Below, piece by piece: positions 21,492-28,619 of a stretch of DNA of 28,619 nucleotides. Each line of letters starts with the position of its first letter. Position 1 is the first letter of the stretch. The notes under the pieces were generated by a model. The model was not told the origin of the DNA. It worked only from the letters and a program-made list of their open reading frames with translations, and did no database searches. Origin of the DNA: a bacterium (lineage in GTDB: Bacteria; SAR324; NAC60-12); NCBI GenBank assembly GCA_965233585.1, contig CBDDTI010000322.1:1-28619 (forward strand), written 5' to 3'. The position numbers and the translations under genes are program-made.

Positions 21492-21956
21492 ATGAGTAGA
21501 GCAAAAATTGAGGTTATAGATATAGGTAATATCGGTTTATATGCTGACTTTGGTAGTGAAAGCGAGGACGATGACTGGGAAAGAAAAGCAATAGAAAAAG
21601 AAGATGAAGAGATTAGAGACTTTGTAAGGTGTCATCCCTTACCATCTCGTGAAGACTTTGATTTTTGGAAATCTGTCCTTGATAGATTTAAGGAAAGTAA
21701 TGTAGAACGGTTTAAGATATGGAAACAAAAAGAACCTGACATCATCAAACGAATGTATGAAAACCTAACTAATAAAGATATAATCATACAATGTGGAAAA
21801 GAATTCAATAAAAGAGGTGGTTATTACGCTATGGTTATTAATATAATTCTTTTATCAATAGCGATGGATGAACTAAACGATACAAACAAACCGTGCTTAA
21901 CACAAATGAGAGTAATTGAAAACTGGTGGGATGGAATAGGAAAGTGGAAAGCATAA
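21492..21956 (+). CDS. Hypothetical viral protein, last gene of the element
   Basis: Open 154-aa ORF with upstream motif and downstream hairpin; ends WWDGIGKWKA. Confidence 0.75.
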   Translation: MSRAKIEVIDIGNIGLYADFGSESEDDDWERKAIEKEDEEIRDFVRCHPLPSREDFDFWKSVLDRFKESNVERFKIWKQKEPDIIKRMYENLTNKDIIIQCGKEFNKRGGYYAMVINIILLSIAMDELNDTNKPCLTQMRVIENWWDGIGKWKA

Positions 21957-21959
21957 AAT

Positions 21960-22000
21960 ATTAATTCATAATATCTTAACCAAACATATTATGAAGTAAT
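21960..22000. terminator. AT-rich hairpin after the last viral gene
   Basis: ATTAATTCATAATAT...ATATTATGAAGTAAT: 15-bp stem with one mismatch. Confidence 0.65.
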
Positions 22001-22309
22001 CACCCGCCCAAACACAAACACAAAACCCCAACAGTCTAAACAATTATCCCCCTCATCTTAAACCAAACCATCAAGTGAAAGTTAGGGGTAAAATAGTCCC
22101 AAAACCCCCACCACATAAAACATCAAAGATAAGGAAGAAACATTGAACAATAACATAAAAACCATAACAACCAACAATAAACGCTGGGATGTCCTAGCAT
22201 CCCCCTTTTACCATTTTTTTTATGGGACCCTCATCATGACAGCATCAGGAAGACCTGGGAAATATGGCATTTTCATGGCAATTTGAAAGATGTTTCAAAG
22301 GGAATATGG

Positions 22310-22410
22310 ATGTTTCCTGTCATAGGGGTACCCCCAGTCATCATCCATTTTATTTTTGGATTTTCCATATGAACCATCCAGCTATCCCATGACTTAGGAA
22401 ACCCCATATG
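22310..22410. repeat. Probable host interspersed repeat (GGGGTACCCC...CATCCATTTT...AACCATCCAGCTAT)
   Basis: Contains the palindrome GGGGTACCCC; resembles, from recollection, a common Symbiodiniaceae intronic repeat. Not searched. Confidence 0.45.
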
Positions 22411-22912
22411 ATGATAACTTGGATAAACCATGATAGTTTGATGTTGCAAGTTTTAAGACAATGCAAACTGGCTGTGGCGACGGACCATATATTCGGATAT
22501 TTTATTTGGTTGATGTTTTTTGATGCCAACAATTGGGCAGATTAATGAGGAGTGAGTTCAGTATGAAAAACATTGAATCATAATCTTTGAGACACTTTTA
22601 CAGTTTTGGACACACCTGGGTGTCAAGTCATTTGCCTGCATTGTACATATCATCTATTTCACATGTTTGCATTGGCATTGCACTGTCATGGCAGACACTG
22701 TTTTCTTTTCATGACAACTGCATGGTGGATGTTCAGGCGCAAACAAATAAACATCTATTGTAGTGGAGGATGCGGGTTTGTATCTTTTGTCAATTGGAAA
22801 AGGCTTCAGATGCTGGAATTTTTCATTCAAACTTCCGAGCTTGGAAGGAACCTGGAGGAACCTCTGGAAGAAATCTATGGTATGAATCATCCCAATTGTT
22901 GTTCCTCTTGGG

Positions 22913-23678
22913 ATGGCCTATGATGGCCTGAAAACACCTGGCGGCCTAGGCACCTCCAACTTCCAGCTTTTGGAACTGCATGTTGGTGACCTCAACGACA
23001 CCGATCGCCAGATGGCTGTGGGCGATGACATGTGGCCCTCTCGGCGCTTCTATATGAACCAGGTGCGACATGTTGATCCAAATCAAACCCTCCATTTTGA
23101 CCAACGACATCAAAAAGACATACGAAAAGATCATAACAAATAGCTCTATGAGGAAAGGCCGTGAAATTGTGTAAGGGGCCGCAAGTCCTGGTTTTTCTGA
23201 GTTTCTCTAAACTGCAAGAGTTTGCGGACTCAGGAGGTCTCGGAGTTTGATCCTGAGGATCCAACCTCCCCCGTGTCTTGGTTTCGCACTGTTTCGCAGT
23301 GTCCTGTTTTGCGAATTTACCGGGGCTAGCCTGGGGCTAATGGAAAGACTTGGGAAGTGGGAAGTGGATTGGTTGGCTTTGTAGACTCCAGGCTTGTCAG
23401 TGCACAAACACGCACACACACACAATCAACAGCAACGTGGGTTTTCCTATGCATATAGGGTACTCCCAAAATCCTATAGATGATTACCGTTTTCCTATTG
23501 AAGTAGCCATAGAGTGGGGGTATACCGCATGGTATCAGACACAGCTCCTGAGACCGGTGAAGTTTACACTTACACGCTGATTTCCAATGGCATCGGTGTG
23601 GGCCGTCGCTTCTCTGGTGCCTACGCTGGCTTGACGACCTATGTGGGCGAGTCTGGCACCGCGTCCCTTCAGTTTCAG
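22913..23678 (+). other. Two probable host exons (~22913-23062, ~23511-23678) of an unidentified gene
   Basis: GC-richer open frames, each ending CAG|GT: ...WPSRRFYMNQ and GVYRMVSD...SLQFQ. Confidence 0.45.
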
Positions 23679-23909
23679 GTGGGCTCTGGAAGTTGCAGCT
23701 GAGATGAAAAATATGACCTCACGGGGTTTTCAGCAGCCCAGGGAAACCTGAAGGCCATTGAGATGCTGTGGTTGGTAAATGTGTCATTTTGTTGGAATCA
23801 CCTCAAGGGCTGTTTGTAGTGACTTTTTACTGATGGTCTTGGCAGATTTTCTGCAGCCGCTGTGAATCAAGAAAACGTCCTGTTTCTTGGGAAAGCAACT
23901 GCTTTTCCG

Positions 23910-24951
<1,042 letters not shown>

Positions 24952-25009
24952 GAGTGGGGATGGAGTCAACCGATGGGTGAAGGATTTTTTTTTCAGGTGA
25001 GTTTTTCAT

Positions 25010-25962
25010 AGTTCCCCAACAGCAGAATGCTTTGGGGTCTTCAGCCATAGTAAAGGTTTCGGAGCAGACCGAAGCAGCTCCAAAACCGATTCCCCCAAGG
25101 TTCCCAGGTTCCAAGTACAGGTTCCCAGTACAGGTTCCCAAGTAAAGGTTCCCAGGTTCCCAAGTAAAGGTTGCCAAGTAAAGGTTCCCAATTAAAGGTT
25201 CCCAAGTAAAGGTTCCCAAGTAAAGGTTCCCAAGAAAAGGTTCCCAAGTAAAGGTTCTCAAGTAAAGGTTCGCAAGGTTCCGAAGGTTCCCAAGGTTCCC
25301 TCAAGGTTCCCTCAAGGTTCCCCAGGTTCCCAAGGTTCCTCAAGGTTCCCTCAAGGTTCCCAAAAGGTTCCCAAAAGGTTCCCTCAAGGTTCCTTCAAGG
25401 TTCCCTGCAAGGTTCCCAAGTTTTCCAAGTAAAGGTTGTCAAGGTTCCCAAGATTATGATGTAAAGGTTCCCGAGTAAACGTGGTCCAGGTTGCCAAGGT
25501 GACATTGTAAAGGTTTCTATAAGATTCCCAAGGTTAGATTGTCAAGGTTCCCTCAAGGTTCCCAAAAGGTACCCTCAAGGTTCCTTCAAGGTTTCTTCAA
25601 GGTTCCCTGAAGGTTCCCAAGTTTTCCAAGGTTCCCAAGGTTGTATTGTAAAGGTTCCCTCAAGGTTCCCAAGGTTACATTGTAAAAGGTTCTCAAGGGT
25701 TCCAAGGTTATATTGTCAAGGTTTCCTCAAGCTTTCCAAGGTTACATTGTAAAGGTTCTCAAGGGTTCCAAGGTTATATTGTCAAGGTTTCCTCAAGCTT
25801 TCCGAGGTTGCATTGTAAAGGTTCCCTCAAGATTCCCAAGTTTCCCAAGTAAAGGTTGTCAAGGTTCCCAATTTTGTATTGAAAGGTTCCCTCAAGGTTC
25901 CCAAGTTTTCCACGTAATTGTTCTCAAGGTCCCCAAGGTTATTATGTAAAGGTTCCCAAGTA
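25010..25962. repeat. Host repeat: unique head (~25010-25095) plus degenerate AAGGTTCCC minisatellite
   Basis: Dozens of AAGGTTCCC(AAGT/TC) units. Confidence 0.9.
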
Positions 25963-25967
25963 GTAAT

Positions 25968-26425
25968 ATTCGTCGTAATATATTAATTTCTTTAAGAAAT
26001 TTGAATGCGGCTACACGCGCGGAACCCGCGCAGAACAACACGCGCGGAACCCGCGCAAAACGCACGTAGACGCGCGGAACCCGCGAGTAGTAGTAGTAGC
26101 AGCAGCAGCAGTAGTAGTTATAATAAAAATATCGTAGATGTATTAAAAATAATACTAATCGTAATATTGGTTAAATTACAATTAGTAGAAGTAGTACTAA
26201 GATTCGTCGTAATATTTTAAGTTCTTTAAGAAATTTGAATGCGACCACGCGCGCGGAACCCGCGCAGAACAACACGGGCGGAACCCGCGCGAAACGCAGA
26301 CGCGCATAACGTGCGGAACCCAAGCGTACTATTAATACTAGTAGTAGTAGTAGTAGGAGGAGTAGTAGTAGTAGGAGTAGCAGTAGCAGTAGCAGCAGCA
26401 GCAGGAGTAGTAGTAGTAATAATAA
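25968..26425. repeat. Two ~235-bp units: AT-rich head, three GCGGAACCC repeats, (AGT/AGC)n tail
   Basis: TTCGTCGTAATAT...TTCTTTAAGAAATTTGAATGCG occurs at ~25969 and ~26203. Confidence 0.85.
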
Positions 26426-27079
26426 TATCGTACTCATCACCCATATCGGCCTGCCAGACAAAACCGACACATGCCAAACGTTTGGTTGCTCTGTTGGACG
26501 GAGGCGAACAGAGCAACTCGGAGTCGAACAAAGCAACTAGCACCCGAAAACCACTCTTTTCCAAGCTATTTGCTCTATGAAACGATTGGTTGCTCTGTTT
26601 GACGCAGGCGAACAGAGCAACTAAGACCCCACCTGTCAGGTGAGATTTGTTAGATCATATGTTATCTCTTCTCTTTCTCCTTCTTCCACCGGACCTCAAC
26701 TTCTAAAGAGATCGGTCAAGATGGGGATCGCACGAATCATTGTTGTTTCTGGAAGATTTGGAGCATAAAGTTTGCATGCTCCCACTGTAACTTCCCAACG
26801 TTCACGGCGCGCACTGGAAGGAGAAGCTGGCAGCAATGTTCCAATCAGAAGGGTGGCTTGGCCCGATGAAGGTCGTGCGGCAGGGTGACAGCGACACCTT
26901 CACCTATGTGTCTGGCCACACCAGGACGTGCATGCGGTCTATGGCCCAGTCTGTGCCTGTCATGGTCGTGAAGGAGCCGGTGTCAGTTGCAGATCGGCAG
27001 AAAAAGATTGTAAATACAAAAACAGATGTAAATACAAAACGCAAAAAAACATTTGAAAAAAACAAGGCAATATTTTTCG

Positions 27080-28619
27080 AACGCTGATTCATTGCTACTG
27101 GTGCATAATCCGCCTTCTTACTCTTTTAAACGCTTTTATACTGGAGAAAACAAACCTAGAAGAACACAATTTTCAAACCTTACGCAAAGCGCACCGGGTC
27201 TTCAAAAGGACGTAAGTAAAGAACAATAATACACAAAATATCGACCAACTTTAAGCCTATTGTTTAGATGTCAGAATGTATGCGAGATGCAATGCCAGAA
27301 CGCAATTCAAATAAAATCACATGGAACACTTTATGAACACTTCAAGCAAACGCACTTGAAAAACCAGCGACAAAAGCGAAGCGCCATTTAAAAAAAGCGG
27401 CATAGCATGAAAACATGAGGTAAAAAGTCACGTAAGTGTAGTTGCACCTGAGTGCCATGCGTACAAGAGACATGTACCTGGTGACAATATACATATCATT
27501 ATCCATGCCAAGACATGCAGGATATTTTTTCCATCATCGATTACCTGTGTCTTCATGTATTTTTTTTTGAAAAAGAACATATTTCAAAAATACATCCGTG
27601 TAGACAAGCGAGAAATGTACAACTCATACCAAAACTATTTACATCTATAAGGTCTGATCTAAAGAAAGTCCAGAGACGAAACAAATCTGTATAGCTTTTC
27701 AAACCTTGATTTCTACCTAGAATGGACAGGTGGATTCTGGAATCCGGGACCCGGGATTCGGGACCCGGGGTCCGCGACCCGGGGTCCGGGGCCCGGATGC
27801 AGGAATCTAAATCCGCGATTATTTTTATCCAAAAATAAACATATATAGCTAAATTCAAGACATGAAAACCTAGAATCTGACAAATATCTAATCGTGGTTT
27901 GATTTTTTATTGAACGCGGTCATTGCTAGTAGTGAACAATCTATCTTATTGCTTTGTTGAACACTATCTATACGAACCAAGAAGAACACAATTTTCAAAC
28001 CTTACGCAAAGCGCACCGGGTCTTCAAAAGGACGTAAGTAAAGAACAATAATACACAAAATATCGACCAACTTTAAGCCTATTGTTTAGATGTCAGAATG
28101 TATGCGAGATGCAATGCCAGAACGCAATTCAAATAAAATCATATGGAACACTTTATGAACACTTCAAGCAAACGCATTTGAAACACCAGCGACAAAAGCG
28201 AAGCGCCATAAAAAAAGGCATAGCATGAAAACATGAGGTAAAAAACACGTAAGTGTAGTTGCACCTGAGTGCCATGCGTACAAGAGACACGTACCTGGTG
28301 ACAATATACATATCATTATCCATGCCAAGACATGCAGAATATTTTTTCCATCATCGATTACCTGTGTCTTCATGTAATTATTTTTTTTTAAAAAGAACAT
28401 ATTTCAAAAATACATCCGTGTATAGACAAGCGAGAAATGTACAACTCATACCAAAACTATTTACATCTATAAGGTCTGATCTAAAGAAAGTCCAGGGACG
28501 AAACAAATCTGTATAGTTTTTCAAACCTTGATTTCTACCTAGAATGGACAGGTGGATTCTGGAATCCGGGACCCGGGATTCGGGACCTGGGGTCCGGGAC
28601 CCGGGGTCCGGGGCACGGA
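27080..28619 (+). repeat. Tandem ~822-bp direct repeat, second copy runs off the window
   Basis: GAAGAACACAATTTTCAAACC at 27159 and 27981, highly similar thereafter; each copy has a GC-rich GGGACCCGG cluster. Confidence 0.95.

Overview
Eukaryotic genomic DNA. The host is most likely a Symbiodiniaceae-type dinoflagellate, inferred only from the style of its introns and repeats. About 21 kb (~1.42-22.23 kb) is an integrated, AT-rich, intron-less Polinton/Polinton-like virus (PLV). It encodes a protein-primed family B DNA polymerase with an inserted endonuclease VII-type domain, an rve integrase, an A32-like packaging ATPase, putative major and minor capsid proteins, a long fibre with a peptidase-S74-like chaperone, a C5 DNA methyltransferase, a class-3 lipase, a GIY-YIG nuclease and several ORFans. 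No adenain-type protease is visible. Polymerase, integrase, ATPase, penton and GIY-YIG carry stops or frameshifts; capsid, fibre, methyltransferase and lipase are open. The most notable signal is the regulatory grammar. An AT-flanked TCTA lies 7-20 nt before most central genes, resembling the CroV/mavirus late promoter. A CTTAAA(G)AAA motif lies 33-46 nt before the terminal genes and polymerase. AT-rich hairpins sit at the ends of transcription units, resembling the Mimivirus/Sputnik hairpin rule. Together these suggest a giant-virus-dependent, virophage-like lifestyle (inference). A 1.7-kb TIR-bounded non-autonomous transposon full of satellites interrupts one viral gene. The flanks hold host gene remnants, including an internally deleted carboxylesterase, and repeats. 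All family calls come from motif recognition by eye; no searches were run.
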